From Candidatus Dadabacteria bacterium (GTDB taxonomy: Bacteria > Desulfobacterota_D > UBA1144 > Nemesobacterales > CSP1-2), in assembly GCA_963805855.1 (NCBI GenBank), contig CAWDVW010000002.1, positions 480,001 through 544,000 on the forward strand: a stretch of 64,000 nt of DNA, in the 5' to 3' direction. A program made the position numbers and the translations under genes. Positions 31,466 through 42,582 of this stretch are shown one piece after another (position 1 is the first letter of the stretch; every line of letters starts with the position of its first letter). Below the pieces are notes generated by a model, which saw only the letters and a list, made by a program, of their open reading frames with translations, was not told where the DNA came from and ran no database searches.

Positions 31466-32455
31466 TCAATTTATTAACCTAAATTCTGTCACAAGCTGCT
31501 CGAATGTCTCGTTGTAGAAAATCCCGCCGTCAGAGAAAACAATGAAAGCCCCGACCATGCTGTGGTTCTCCAGAAAATTAATGGCCCTTTTCCTGCCCAT
31601 AGCAAACAGAGCGGTCGAATATGCATCGGTAAGGGCACTATTACCTTCCATAACCAAGGTTATACTTTGAAAGTCAGTCCCGGATGAACCGACTTCTGGA
31701 ACAAGGATGTGGTGATAACCCTTTCCACCCACCTTCACCTTTCTTTCATAATCACCGCTTGTTGAGACTGATAGATCCTTTCCTCCGTTTGTAAAGGAGG
31801 CTATAAATCCCTCCCTCCTAGGATGTTTAACATATATAATCTGATCATCTCCGAATACCCTTAAGTCACCTGAGATAGATACAGAGCCCTTCGTAATGCC
31901 CCGCTTCTTAAGCAGGTCTACAGCCTTATCGACCGCAAACCCTTTTCCAATTCCACCCAGGTCGAGCATCATTCCTTCCTTTTCAAGAAAAGCCTCATTA
32001 TCATGCAAACTTAGCAGCCTGTAATCAACCAATTTCTTTACCTCATTTAAGCCAGTGAATTTTCTCGGTGTAGGATACTCCCTGCCGAAACCATAAAATC
32101 CAATCGTGAGTGCCCCGATTGTAGGGTCAAAAGCCCCTTCGGTTTCCCTGGCTACCTCAATAGAAATCTCGAGGACCTCTTTCAACTCATTACTAATATC
32201 GACGGGATTTTTGCCTGCATAACGGTTAATTCGAGAAAGTTCGCTTTTCTGATCATAGTCAGACATCAAACCCTCTAAATACCTCATCTTTGAAAATGCA
32301 TTATCTATGTCATCGTTCGTTCCATCGTATAATACGATTCTGGCGTGTGTTCCCATAAGAAATTGAACCCTGTCAAGCGGTCTCTCGCTGAAACAGCTGG
32401 ATAGCATGCCCAGATAGAAGCATAGCGATAGAAATATTCGAATTCTCTTTAACAT
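31466..32455 (-). CDS. apbE: FAD:protein FMN transferase lipoprotein
   Basis: Lipobox LSSC, LMGT, FDPTIG, DLGGIGKG, STSGDYE, DAYSTA. Confidence 0.92.
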   Translation of the reverse strand: MLKRIRIFLSLCFYLGMLSSCFSERPLDRVQFLMGTHARIVLYDGTNDDIDNAFSKMRYLEGLMSDYDQKSELSRINRYAGKNPVDISNELKEVLEISIEVARETEGAFDPTIGALTIGFYGFGREYPTPRKFTGLNEVKKLVDYRLLSLHDNEAFLEKEGMMLDLGGIGKGFAVDKAVDLLKKRGITKGSVSISGDLRVFGDDQIIYVKHPRREGFIASFTNGGKDLSVSTSGDYERKVKVGGKGYHHILVPEVGSSGTDFQSITLVMEGNSALTDAYSTALFAMGRKRAINFLENHSMVGAFIVFSDGGIFYNETFEQLVTEFRLIN

Positions 32456-32584
32456 TTTAATACTATTTAATTTAGGTCTGCTTTGTATACCGCGGCGTCC
32501 TAGTTAATAATAAAGCATGGCTTGACTTTTTAATGCAAAAATGTAATGTAAAGTTTGAATTTAATTATATATGGGAGAAGCTAA

Positions 32585-32758
32585 ATGGTCATTTTCTCAT
32601 GGTTAAATACAAAGGACGACGAATGGGATAAAGAGGACGAAGAGGACTTCGACGAAGATGAGGAAGAGATCTGGGACGAAGATGACGAAGATTTAGACAT
32701 TGAAGAGGAATGGGAAGAGGAAGAGGAAGAAAATGACGATCAAAAAACCATAAATTGA
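32585..32758 (+). CDS. 57-aa extremely acidic small protein
   Basis: GGGAG 7 nt before ATG; MVIFSWLNTKDDEWDKEDEEDFDEDEEEIWDEDDEDLDIEEEWEEEEEENDDQKTIN; not in ORF track. Confidence 0.7.
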   Translation: MVIFSWLNTKDDEWDKEDEEDFDEDEEEIWDEDDEDLDIEEEWEEEEEENDDQKTIN

Positions 32759-32922
32759 TAAATCTTTAATTAAAGATAGTTACACCGAAAATTAAAACAC
32801 CTGCATATATCCACATTTATCCACCTTTTTCTTGATCAATATCCTCTTGTTTCAAAACCGCTATTAGAATAGCCAAATTTTACTTGAGTATTATAAAATA
32901 ATCTGAATTTTCCTTTTTAGCA

Positions 32923-33008
32923 TGCCCGGGGCCGGGGTCGAACCGGCACGGGCCGTAAAGCCCATTGGATTTTAAGTCCAATGCGTCTGCCTATTCCGCC
33001 ACCCGGGC
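32923..33008 (-). tRNA. tRNA-Leu(TAA)
   Basis: GCCCGGG acceptor stem, TAA anticodon, long variable arm, GTTCGAC T-loop; CCA not encoded. Confidence 0.95.
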
Positions 33009-33078
33009 TAATTCATGTAATGCATGATTCTAAATTAGAGTAAAAAATAATTGTTGAACCCCGATTAAATCTTTATAG

Positions 33079-33153
33079 TGGAGGCGGCGCCCGGATTCGA
33101 ACCGGGGCATTGCGGTTTTGCAGACCGCTGCCTTACCACTTGGCTACGCCGCC
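33079..33153 (-). tRNA. tRNA-Cys(GCA)
   Basis: GGCGGCG acceptor stem, GCA anticodon, GTTCGAATCC, ends TCCA. Confidence 0.96.
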
Positions 33154-33378
33154 CTGATCAATGATTGCGATAGTATGAATAATATTTATCGGCTTTTCAA
33201 GTTGGATATTAAAAGTGACATTAAACAAAGGGTGATGTACTCTAATTAATCAATGGTTTTAATTTTGAAATAAGTTACTATATAAGACTAAAGCAATTGA
33301 GAAAGATTTAGTAAATAATTCGACTCGGCCAAAAAATAACTGACGTTTGCGGATTCGTTGATCTGATTGAGAAAGAAT

Positions 33379-33709
33379 ATGAAACGAAATGTCGTAGTTA
33401 CCTTCCTTAACATCGTGCTGGGGTCGCTTCTTTTTGCGGTCGTCGCCGTATACAGCGTCGCCCAAGGCCAGCCGACCGCGGGCACGGGCTACCCCATCAC
33501 CATTGGCGTGGGCCAATCGGTAAGCATCTGCAAGACTGGCACCGTCATCTGTCCGGTAAGGTCCCCCATCTGCGACGATCTCTCCGTCGCTACAGTGCAG
33601 GGCGGAAAAGACGGCCTTGAGATTGTTGGCGTAAAACCGGGTAGCGACTCTTTGCTCCGTGGTGTCAGCAACCGCGTTGCGGACGATCTACACCATCACT
33701 GTTCGCTGA
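33379..33709 (+). pseudogene. Small secreted Cys-containing beta protein with one frameshift
   Basis: Signal peptide, then ...IVGVKPG; skipping one base near 33643 gives ATLCSVVSATALRTIYTITVR-stop. Confidence 0.5.
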
Positions 33710-33984
33710 TATGCATCGGATGGCTTGACATGGGGTTTTCCCTTGTGACAGAATAAAAAAGTAAAAACCTACGTGCCTTAAATCTGCTTAAAAAGATTAT
33801 GGACGAAAAGAGAAAGTCCTTGCCCGTGGATTCAAAAGTATCGAAAGAACCGGCAAATCTTGTCATTCAAGACTGGCGCGGCGGAATCGATTCCGAAGGC
33901 ATAAACCATGCAGTCCCGAGACGGTGTTTCGGCTTCGACCATGTGATTGATCCCACAGGGTCCGGACCATACGCGGACATGCCG

Positions 33985-34077
33985 AGCGTGGCACGCTCCG
34001 GGAAGCTTTCGGGCGATCACGCCATCCCGGAATACCTAGCCACGATCTTGGAGGTGGAACCATGCCCCGTGCCGTAA
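33985..34077 (+). pseudogene. glgP: Degraded C-terminal remnant of glycogen phosphorylase
   Basis: [30 protein letters not shown]-stop parallels the GlgP C-terminus (NxARSGKFSSDRTIxEYAxxIW); directly upstream of pgm. Confidence 0.6.
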
Positions 34078-34100
34078 CAAGCAAATCCAACAATAAGGCA

Positions 34101-35747
34101 ATGATCTCACCTCTCGCAGGACGACCAGCCCCCAAGGAGATGCTGGTGGATCCCGCGCGTCTCGAACGTGAGTATTTTGAGCATCGGCCCGACCTCAATG
34201 ACCCGAACCAGATGGTCAGCTTCGGGACCAGCGGACACCGGGGCTCATCCCTCCGCGGCACCTTCACCGAGGCCCACATCCTGGCCATCACACAGGCTAT
34301 CTGCGACTACCGTCGAAGTCAGGGGACCGATGGCCCAATTTACATGGGGAAAGACACACATGCGCTCTCGGCACCTGCGCAGCGCACAGCACTCGAGGTC
34401 CTGGCGGCAAACGGTGTAGATACCATTATCCAGCGAAATGATGGAGTGACTCCTACGCCTGTGATATCACGTGCCATACTGGCATACAACCGTGACCGCA
34501 AGAAGCGCCTTGCTGACGGCATCGTTATCACTCCGTCACACAACCCGCCTGATGATGGCGGCTTCAAGTACAACCCGACTAACGGCGGCCCTGCCGACAC
34601 GGACGTCACCACGTGGGTAGAGGATCGGGCAAACGAACTATTGAAACGTGGAAACGCAGGCGTAAAGCGGATCCCATTTACCGCTGCCATGAAGGCGCCA
34701 AACACGCATGAGGACGACTTCATTATCCCCTATGTCAACGACCTTCGGAACGTCATCGACATTGAGGTAATTAGCGCCGCGGGCCTGAAATTGGGCGTGG
34801 ACCCGCTGGGCGGAGCCACGGTTCCCTATTGGGAGCCTATCAACTCCATCTACCAGCTCGATATAACGGTCGTGAACCCCGTTATTGACCCTACGTTCTC
34901 GTTCATGACGGTCGACCACGACGGCGCGATCCGGATGGACTGCTCTAGCCCCTACGCCATGGCCCGGCTCGTCGACCTTAAAGATCAGTACCGCGTCGCA
35001 TTCGCCAACGACCCAGACGCAGACCGGCACGGGATAGTCACACCTTCTGCGGGGTTGATGAACCCTAACCATTACCTGGCCGTAGCCATCCGGTACCTGC
35101 TGAACCACCGACCCCACTGGCCGCCCCACGCATTTGTAGGCAAGACGCTTGTCAGCAGTACTATGATTGACAAGGTCGTCGAAAAACTTGGCCGCCGAGT
35201 GTCGGAGGTGCCGGTGGGCTTCAAGTGGTTTGCGCCCGGGCTCTTCGATGGCTCCTATTGCTTCGGCGGAGAAGAGAGCGCCGGAGCGAGCTTCCTGAGA
35301 CAGAATGGCACTGTTTGGACAACCGACAAGGACGGGCTCATCATGGACCTTCTGGCAGCCGAGATCACCGCCCGAACGGAGAGCGACCCGGGCGAGCACT
35401 ACCGAGATCTCACGTCAGAGTTCGGTACTCCGTACTACACGCGAATCGATGCCCCTGCGACGCCCGAGCAGAAGGAGAGGCTTCGGAAGCTGTCGCCCCA
35501 GGATGTCAAGGAGTCAGTCCTGGCTGGCGAAGCAATCACGGCCAAGCTGACCCGGGCGCCGGGTAACAAGGCGCCAATCGGGGGTCTGAAAGTGGTAGCG
35601 GCCAGCGGCTGGTTTGCCGCCCGCCCCTCCGGTACCGAAAACATCTACAAAATTTACGCTGAAAGCTTCAAAGACGAGACTCACCTGAACGCTATTGTGA
35701 AGGAAGCTAAAAAGATCGTGAGTCAGGCACTGGAGGGAATATCATGA
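34101..35747 (+). CDS. pgm: Phosphoglucomutase (alpha-D-glucose-1,6-bisphosphate dependent)
   Basis: [36 protein letters not shown]. Confidence 0.95.
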   Translation: MISPLAGRPAPKEMLVDPARLEREYFEHRPDLNDPNQMVSFGTSGHRGSSLRGTFTEAHILAITQAICDYRRSQGTDGPIYMGKDTHALSAPAQRTALEVLAANGVDTIIQRNDGVTPTPVISRAILAYNRDRKKRLADGIVITPSHNPPDDGGFKYNPTNGGPADTDVTTWVEDRANELLKRGNAGVKRIPFTAAMKAPNTHEDDFIIPYVNDLRNVIDIEVISAAGLKLGVDPLGGATVPYWEPINSIYQLDITVVNPVIDPTFSFMTVDHDGAIRMDCSSPYAMARLVDLKDQYRVAFANDPDADRHGIVTPSAGLMNPNHYLAVAIRYLLNHRPHWPPHAFVGKTLVSSTMIDKVVEKLGRRVSEVPVGFKWFAPGLFDGSYCFGGEESAGASFLRQNGTVWTTDKDGLIMDLLAAEITARTESDPGEHYRDLTSEFGTPYYTRIDAPATPEQKERLRKLSPQDVKESVLAGEAITAKLTRAPGNKAPIGGLKVVAASGWFAARPSGTENIYKIYAESFKDETHLNAIVKEAKKIVSQALEGIS

Positions 35748-36026
35748 TCTCACAAGCCCGATTAGTCTTACAGGCCTCCATGGCGTGCATCGTGCGCGCG
35801 GACGACGGCTATGCGAGCAACTTTACGGGTTCGGCAGCCGGAGCCGCATTCATAGGCTTGTCCGCGAGATACGCGAATTTCCAAATGCCTCCGCATCGCT
35901 CGAGGGCAGGAAGGTTACGTAAGGAGAAAGCGACAATCATGAAAAGACTGCGAGGAGAGACAAACCAAGCAGTGAGCTAAACTCAAAGGATAGAATAAAC
36001 TGGATTAAAAAAAGGAGGGAGTAATT

Positions 36027-37043
36027 ATGCAACTCGGAATGATTGGTCTTGGAAGGATGGGTGCAAACATGGTGCGACGACTTCTCAAGAGAGGCCATAA
36101 GTGTGTGGTCTTCGACAGAGGACCGAAGGCGGTCAAGGAGCTAGGTAAGGAGGGAGCAGTGGGAACCTCGTCGTTCCAGGATCTTGTTAAGAAGCTAGAG
36201 AAGCCCCGCGCGATATGGCTGATGATACCTGCCGCAGTCGTGGATAATGCCATCGGCGATCTCCTGCCCCATCTCGAGAAAGGAGACATGCTCATCGACG
36301 GTGGAAATTCTTATTACGTGGATGATATCCGGCGCGCGAAGGAACTCGCGCCAAAGGGAATCCACTACGTGGACGTGGGGACGAGCGGCGGGGTCTGGGG
36401 ACTGGAACGGGGTTATTGCATGATGATCGGTGGTGAACCGCGAATCGTCAGGCATCTCGATCCAATTTTCGCAACGCTGGCGCCCGGCATAGGCGACATA
36501 CCGCGGACGCCCGGGCGCGAGAAGGTCGGCGGCACTGCCGAGCAGGGTTACCTTCACTGTGGTCCGAATGGCGCGGGCCACTTTGTGAAGATGGTGCACA
36601 ACGGAATCGAGTACGGCATCATGGCAGCATACGCCGAGGGATTGGGTGTGCTGAAGTCCGCTAATGTTGGTAAGCGAAAGGATGAGATCGATGCTGAGAC
36701 GACGCCATTGCGCGATCCCGAGCACTACCAATACGACCTCAATCTGCCTGACGTCGCCGAGGTGTGGCGCCGCGGAAGTGTGATCGCATCATGGCTGCTG
36801 GACCTCACGGCAACGGCTCTGCTCGAAGACCCGGCTCTTTCGGGCTTTGCGGGACGAGTCTCAGACTCAGGCGAGGGACGATGGACGATCAAGGCTGCAA
36901 TCGATGAGGCGGTACCAGTCCCTGTTCTTGCCACGGCACTCTATGAGCGATTCAGCTCGCGAGGCGAAGCAGAGTTTCAGAACAGAATGCTTTCGGCGAT
37001 GCGTTACGAATTCGGCGGACACCTGGAAAAATCAAAGAAATAA
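36027..37043 (+). CDS. gnd: 6-phosphogluconate dehydrogenase, decarboxylating, short type
   Basis: [36 protein letters not shown]. Confidence 0.95.
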   Translation: MQLGMIGLGRMGANMVRRLLKRGHKCVVFDRGPKAVKELGKEGAVGTSSFQDLVKKLEKPRAIWLMIPAAVVDNAIGDLLPHLEKGDMLIDGGNSYYVDDIRRAKELAPKGIHYVDVGTSGGVWGLERGYCMMIGGEPRIVRHLDPIFATLAPGIGDIPRTPGREKVGGTAEQGYLHCGPNGAGHFVKMVHNGIEYGIMAAYAEGLGVLKSANVGKRKDEIDAETTPLRDPEHYQYDLNLPDVAEVWRRGSVIASWLLDLTATALLEDPALSGFAGRVSDSGEGRWTIKAAIDEAVPVPVLATALYERFSSRGEAEFQNRMLSAMRYEFGGHLEKSKK

Positions 37044-37053
37044 GGACGAAACC

Positions 37054-38430
37054 ATGGACGTGCCCCATTCGGATGCGCTTGTCTTCTTCGGTGCGACAGG
37101 CGACCTGGCCTACAAGAAAATCTTTCCGGCGCTGCACGCGATGGCGAAGCGCGGCCACATCAACGTGCCGGTCATAGGCGTGGCCAAGTCTGGCTGGAGT
37201 CTCGACCAACTCCGGGCCCGGTCTCGCGACAGTATAGAGAAACACGGGGGTATCGATCCCCCGGCTTTTGACAACCTTAGCGGCTTGCTCCGCTATGTCG
37301 ACGGGGACTACAAGGATCCTGCTACATTTCAGGCCATCCGTAAGGAGCTGGGCTCCGCTGAGCGGCCGGCTCACTACCTCGCCATCCCCCCTACACTATT
37401 TGGGTTGGTCGTTGAACAACTAGCGAAGGCAGATTGCACCGATGGCGCCCGGGTCATCATTGAAAAGCCCTTTGGCCGGGATCTCGCCTCGGCGCAGAAC
37501 CTCAACCGGATCCTGCTCGGAACCTTCAAAGAGAAAGCCATCTTCCGCATCGACCATTATCTTGGCAAGCGCCCGGTCCACAACATGCTTTTCTTTCGCT
37601 TTGCAAATGCATTCCTGGAACCGTTCTGGAACCGCTACCACGTTGAGAGTGTACAGATCACCATGGCGGAAAGCTTCGGGGTTCAGGGACGGGGTGCATT
37701 CTATGATGAGGCCGGTGCTATCCGGGACGTCGTCGAGAATCATCTATTCCAGGTTCTAGCAAACCTGACGATGGAGCCCCCAGTCAGGACCGACAGCGAA
37801 TCGATTCGGGATGAAAAGGTCAAGGTCTTGCGGGCGATCCCGCCGCTGGATCCAACGAACCTTGTCCGCGGACAGTTCCGCGGGTATCTAGACGAGAAGG
37901 GTGTGGCATCAGACTCGCGGGTTGAGACCTTTGCAGCACTGAAACTCGAGATCGATTCGTGGCGCTGGAGAGGGACTCCATTCTACATCCGGGCGGGAAA
38001 GTGCCTGCCCGTCACTTGCACGGAAATCCTCGTCCGGCTGCGACAGCCTCCCACTATGTATCAAAGCTTCAACCTGAGACCGAACTACTGCCGCTTTCGG
38101 ATCAGTCCTGACATAACGTTTGCCCTAGGTATTAACGTAATGGGCCCGGGGGCGGAAACGACCGCCGAACCAGTGGAAATAGTGGGGAACCGCCACCCCC
38201 GCGCGGAGGAGATGGATGCCTATGAAAGGTTGCTCGGGGATGCGATGGCGGGAGACGCAACTCTCTTTGCTCGGGAGGATTACGTAGAAGAGGCATGGCG
38301 AATAGTCGAGCCAGTACTGAAGACCAGTACTCCGGTCTTCGAGTATGACCCCGATAGCTGGGGCCCCAGGGAGGTTGATGAAATTGTTTTGCCTCCCGGA
38401 GGCTGGCAAAATCCGCAAGTTACAGCATGA
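37054..38430 (+). CDS. zwf: Glucose-6-phosphate 1-dehydrogenase
   Basis: [20 protein letters not shown]; start moved to ATG 37054. Confidence 0.95.
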   Translation: MDVPHSDALVFFGATGDLAYKKIFPALHAMAKRGHINVPVIGVAKSGWSLDQLRARSRDSIEKHGGIDPPAFDNLSGLLRYVDGDYKDPATFQAIRKELGSAERPAHYLAIPPTLFGLVVEQLAKADCTDGARVIIEKPFGRDLASAQNLNRILLGTFKEKAIFRIDHYLGKRPVHNMLFFRFANAFLEPFWNRYHVESVQITMAESFGVQGRGAFYDEAGAIRDVVENHLFQVLANLTMEPPVRTDSESIRDEKVKVLRAIPPLDPTNLVRGQFRGYLDEKGVASDSRVETFAALKLEIDSWRWRGTPFYIRAGKCLPVTCTEILVRLRQPPTMYQSFNLRPNYCRFRISPDITFALGINVMGPGAETTAEPVEIVGNRHPRAEEMDAYERLLGDAMAGDATLFAREDYVEEAWRIVEPVLKTSTPVFEYDPDSWGPREVDEIVLPPGGWQNPQVTA

Positions 38431-38658
38431 TACAGGCTTAAGTGGAAGATTCGCAATCAGGATACTAATTGCAGACAGGATAAGGGGTCGCACCAGTACG
38501 GGATCATTGCCATTTCTCGACACTCCGAGGTAAGCACTTCTTTTTGGAGATATAATGAGTCCAATAGACTTATAGAATCCCGACCCCGACCGGATATTGA
38601 GCATTCTAACCGCGGGGTCTAACCTTGAAATAATTGATTCATTAAATATACTTTAATT

Positions 38659-39510
38659 ATGGCACGACCAATACGTATCGAATACCCTGGCGCAGTTTAC
38701 TACATCACTAGCAGAGGCAATGCAAACCGACCAATCTTTAGAGACGACCAGGATCGGAAAGACTTTCTTGAGTTGTTGGGTTTATTGGTTGATCGTTTCA
38801 AATGGCGTTGCCACGCTTACTGCTTGATGAATAATCATTACCACCTTCTAGTTGAAACCCCAAAGGCCAATCTGTCACAAGGAATGCGTCAATTAAATGG
38901 TATATACACTCAGAATTTTAATCGGAGGCATCGACGAGCGGGTCATGTTTTTCAGGGAAGGTTTAAGGGTATATTAATTGACAAGAAAAATTATCTCCTT
39001 GACCTCGCCACCCACATCGTCTTGAATTCAGTTCGCTTGAGAGTGGTGAAAACTCCCGTGAATTACAAATGGAGCAGTTACAAAGCAACCGCCGGTATTG
39101 TCAAAGCACCTTCATTTTTAACTACAGAGTGGATACTTTCACGGTTTGGAAAGCAATTGAAGACCGCTCATGAAAAATACAGGTCTCATGTTAAGCAGGC
39201 GATCAAAAAGCCAAAGCCATGGGGTAGAGTAAGAAGACAGGTTCTCCTTGGGGATGAAAAATTCGTATCGGGCCTTGAGCCTTACCTTAAGGGAGTAAAG
39301 AAGAAAGAGAAATTGACACAGAAAAAGAAGGTCGCAAAACGTCCCTCCTTGAGAAAATTATTCGACAAAGTTGGTAGTAAATCCAAGGAGGCGAGGGACC
39401 GTATTATAAGAGATGCTCACCTGAAATATGGACATACGTTAGCAGATATTGGAAAGCGTCTCGGACTACACTACAGTACAATAAGTAAGATAGTAAATGA
39501 AACAAAATAA
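38659..39510 (+). mobile_element. REP-associated tyrosine transposase (Y1/HUH) with C-terminal HTH
   Basis: MARPIRIEYPGAVYYITSRGN, CLMNNHYHLL (HUH), GHVFQGRF, WSSY. Confidence 0.88.
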
Positions 39511-39547
39511 ATATCTATTTTTTCAACCTAAACGAAACAGCAGCGGG

Positions 39548-40339
39548 TTAAAATGCCATCTCTCCGCTTAAGAATGTGACAGCCTTTCCTAGAAGTAAAA
39601 CTCGCTTACCACTTATAGTAACGCGCATGAACCCTCCGCGCGGTGAGGCTTGATAGGCAAAGAACTCATTTTTATTTAACCTTTCCTTCCAGAAGGGCGC
39701 TAGGCAACAGTGAGCCGAACCCGTAACATGATCCTCATCAATTCCAGCTGACGGCGCGAAGAACCTTGACACAAAATCATAATCACCGGACTTGGCAACG
39801 CTTGTTACGATCAATCCCCTAACCGGCATCTTTTTAATAAGAGATAAGTCAGGTCTCAATTCTCTTAAGGTCTTCTCAGATTTGACTTCGACCAAATAAT
39901 CAAATCTGTTTTTACCAACATATGCAGGAAAAACACCCAACGCCTTCGCAATAAAATTGGGAGTAGTTACCTTTTTTGCAGGCTCGGAGGGAAAATCGAG
40001 CTCGATCCAATCATTTTTTCTTTTTGCGGTAAGTAATCCGCTATTCGTAAAAAAGCGTGCCGACCTATTAGGCTTTAGATAACCACGTTCCCATAGAACA
40101 TGTGCGCTGGCAAGTGTGGCATGGCCGCAGAGATCAATTTCAACAACAGGTGAGAACCATCTGAGCCTGAATCCTTCACCCTCCTTTTGTAAAAATGCAG
40201 TCTCTGCAAGATTTAACTCCCTCGCAACATTCTGCAACCACTTATCATTTTTGGGCTCAGATAAAATGCAGACTCCTGCGGGATTTCCTGAGAACAGTTT
40301 GTCTGTAAACGCATTCACCTGAAAAATAGGCAAGACCAT
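39548..40339 (-). CDS. PhzF-family isomerase
   Basis: AFT..FSGNPAGV, ETAF, LCGHATLA, EDHVTGSAHC. Confidence 0.9.
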   Translation of the reverse strand: MVLPIFQVNAFTDKLFSGNPAGVCILSEPKNDKWLQNVARELNLAETAFLQKEGEGFRLRWFSPVVEIDLCGHATLASAHVLWERGYLKPNRSARFFTNSGLLTAKRKNDWIELDFPSEPAKKVTTPNFIAKALGVFPAYVGKNRFDYLVEVKSEKTLRELRPDLSLIKKMPVRGLIVTSVAKSGDYDFVSRFFAPSAGIDEDHVTGSAHCCLAPFWKERLNKNEFFAYQASPRGGFMRVTISGKRVLLLGKAVTFLSGEMAF

Positions 40340-40379
40340 TTGAATTCATCTACTAATATGAAAAGGAAAACATAAATAC

Positions 40380-41582
40380 TCAATTGATTTTGACGGGTCG
40401 GGTTTTAGTTTTCAAAACCTTAATTGCATCCTGAATCCCGGCTAGTGTGAGAGGGTACATTCGTTTCTCCATAAACTCCCTTAGCATTTGAATAGATTGC
40501 GTGTATCTCCAATAGTCCACCGGGACTGGGTTTAGCCAGACCATGCGGGGATATTGATTTTTAAGCCTTGTCAACCAGGTAAAGCCGGCCTCATCATTGT
40601 TATGCTCAACGCTTCCATTTGCATACAGCAACTCATATGGAGACATGGACGCATCGCTAACCAAAATGACCATATAATCATTGTTGTATTTATGCAGAAC
40701 CTCAAAGGTGGGAATTCGCTCATCCCAGCGCCTGGTATTATCCCTCCAGACCGATTCATATAAGCAATTATGAAAATAGAAATACTCCAGGTGCTTGAAT
40801 TCGTATTTTGCTGCTGAGAAAAGCTGGGCGCAAATCTCAATGTGATCATCCATTGACCCGCCTACGTCGAGAAATAATAAAACCTTTACATTATTCTTTC
40901 TGGATGGGATCATTTCTAATTCAAGCACACCTGCATTTTTAGAAGTTTTTTCGATGGTTTTATCCAGATCAAGCTCCTCTTCCCTGCCCTCTCGTGTGAG
41001 TAAACGCAATTTTTTTAAAGCCATCTTCATATTTCGTGTATTGAGCTCAACACTGTCATCGAGGTTTTTAAACTCTCTTTTATCCCAAACCTTCACTGCA
41101 CGACGGTTCCTGCTTTCAGTCTGTCCGATTCTGATGCCTTCGGGATTATAGCCATAAGCTCCAAAAGGAGACGTCCCACCCGTTCCAATCCATTTGCTCC
41201 CGCCCGCATGCCTATTTTTCTGCTCGTTCATAAGCTCCTTAAGACGCTCCATCAATTTATCCAACCCACCCATTGCTTTAATCAACGCCATATCTTCCTC
41301 GGTTAATATCCCCTCCATACCCCTTCTGAGCCATTCTTCGGGGATCTTCATAAATTGCTCGTTGTCAATCGTCTCTATGCCCCTGAAATACCTTCCGAAT
41401 AGGACATCGAAACGATCTATATGCTGTTCATGCTTGATTAAGATAGAACGACTCAGGTAATAAAAGTCATCTACGTTATATTCTACTATTTCGCTGTCTA
41501 ACGCCTCGAGAAGGGTTAGGTATTCATTTATTGTAACCGGCAAGCCGTCGTTCTTCAGCAGCAGGAAAAAGTCTAAAAACAT
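40380..41582 (-). CDS. VWA-domain (CoxE-like) protein
   Basis: GGSKWIGTGGTSPFG, MIDAS-like DVGGSM, DASMSPYE, WLNP. Confidence 0.88.
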   Translation of the reverse strand: MFLDFFLLLKNDGLPVTINEYLTLLEALDSEIVEYNVDDFYYLSRSILIKHEQHIDRFDVLFGRYFRGIETIDNEQFMKIPEEWLRRGMEGILTEEDMALIKAMGGLDKLMERLKELMNEQKNRHAGGSKWIGTGGTSPFGAYGYNPEGIRIGQTESRNRRAVKVWDKREFKNLDDSVELNTRNMKMALKKLRLLTREGREEELDLDKTIEKTSKNAGVLELEMIPSRKNNVKVLLFLDVGGSMDDHIEICAQLFSAAKYEFKHLEYFYFHNCLYESVWRDNTRRWDERIPTFEVLHKYNNDYMVILVSDASMSPYELLYANGSVEHNNDEAGFTWLTRLKNQYPRMVWLNPVPVDYWRYTQSIQMLREFMEKRMYPLTLAGIQDAIKVLKTKTRPVKIN

Positions 41583-41619
41583 CTTCTATAATTTGCTTCT
41601 AATTTAAAAATTATAAAAA

Positions 41620-42456
41620 CTATCTTCTGAATCGATACCCCATATTTCCAAATAGTTCATGATCTTGCTCATTCTTGAGCAGGGAACCGGAATAGGGTGG
41701 CATTCCCCTAGTTAGATCAATAGAAGACAACTCCTTTGATGTAATTTTTCCGAAAATTAGCAGCTTCAACCAGTCAATCAATTCACTTGTGGATGGCCGT
41801 TTCTTTAATCCGGGGATGTCTCTGATTTCATAAAAAAGCTTTAGGGCGCTATCGACCAGTTTATTTTCCAGACCGGGATAATGAACATTTACAATCGCTG
41901 TTAAGGTTTCTTTATCTGGAAAACTAATATAGTGAAAAAAGCACCTCCTTAGAAAAGCATCTGGGAGTTCCTTTTCATTGTTCGACGTTATCACAATAAT
42001 AGGTCGGTGCTTGGCTACTACCGTAAGTTGCAATTCATAACAATAGAATTCCATCCTGTCCAGCTCTAAAAGCAAATCATTTGGGAATTCTATATCCGCC
42101 TTGTCGATCTCGTCAATCAATAAAACCACTTGGTCCTCGGCTTCAAACGCCTCCCAAAGTTTTCCCTTCTTTATATAGTTGGCGATGTTTTCTACGCCCT
42201 CGTAACCCAATTGCGAGTCTCGCAGCCTCGATACAGCGTCATATTCATAAAGGCCCTGCTGGGCGTCTGAAGTCGATTTTATATGCCATGAAATGAGATT
42301 CTTTTTTAATGCCTTTGCAACCTCGAACGCTAGAAGCGTCTTGCCAGTACCCGGCTCACCCTTTATCAATAATGGTCTCTGCAGTGTTATAGCAGCATTC
42401 ACCGACAAGTCCAATTCCCTGGTTGAAATGTATGTATCAGTACCCTGAAATTTCAT
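41620..42456 (-). CDS. MoxR-family AAA+ ATPase
   Basis: GEPGTGKT, LLIDEIDKAD, ELPDAFLRRC. Confidence 0.92.
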   Translation of the reverse strand: MKFQGTDTYISTRELDLSVNAAITLQRPLLIKGEPGTGKTLLAFEVAKALKKNLISWHIKSTSDAQQGLYEYDAVSRLRDSQLGYEGVENIANYIKKGKLWEAFEAEDQVVLLIDEIDKADIEFPNDLLLELDRMEFYCYELQLTVVAKHRPIIVITSNNEKELPDAFLRRCFFHYISFPDKETLTAIVNVHYPGLENKLVDSALKLFYEIRDIPGLKKRPSTSELIDWLKLLIFGKITSKELSSIDLTRGMPPYSGSLLKNEQDHELFGNMGYRFRR

Positions 42457-42582
42457 CTAAGCGCTTTTCCTCTTTCTTTATAAAAGTATTTTTAATAAAA
42501 CCGACATGAGTATGTTTGAAAATGTAAATTATACTGTCGAATATAACTATAATCAAATGCCGGACTCTGAACATATCGAAAA

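Larger units (their letters stand above)
33340..38600. other. GC-rich, probably horizontally acquired block
   Basis: Abrupt visible shift to GC-rich codons; lies between tRNA-Cys and a Y1 transposase; boundaries approximate and judged by eye. Confidence 0.7.

Noticed and set aside
32923-33153. tRNAs as the attachment site of the GC-rich block
   Set aside because: The block is on the tRNA 5' side; no duplicated tRNA 3' end and no integrase seen.
35744-35980. 78-aa ORF between pgm and gnd
   Set aside because: No recognisable family; could be a remnant but cannot be supported.
34168-38604. Many overlapping alternative-frame ORFs in the GC-rich block
   Set aside because: Shadow ORFs of pgm, gnd and zwf, expected at high GC.
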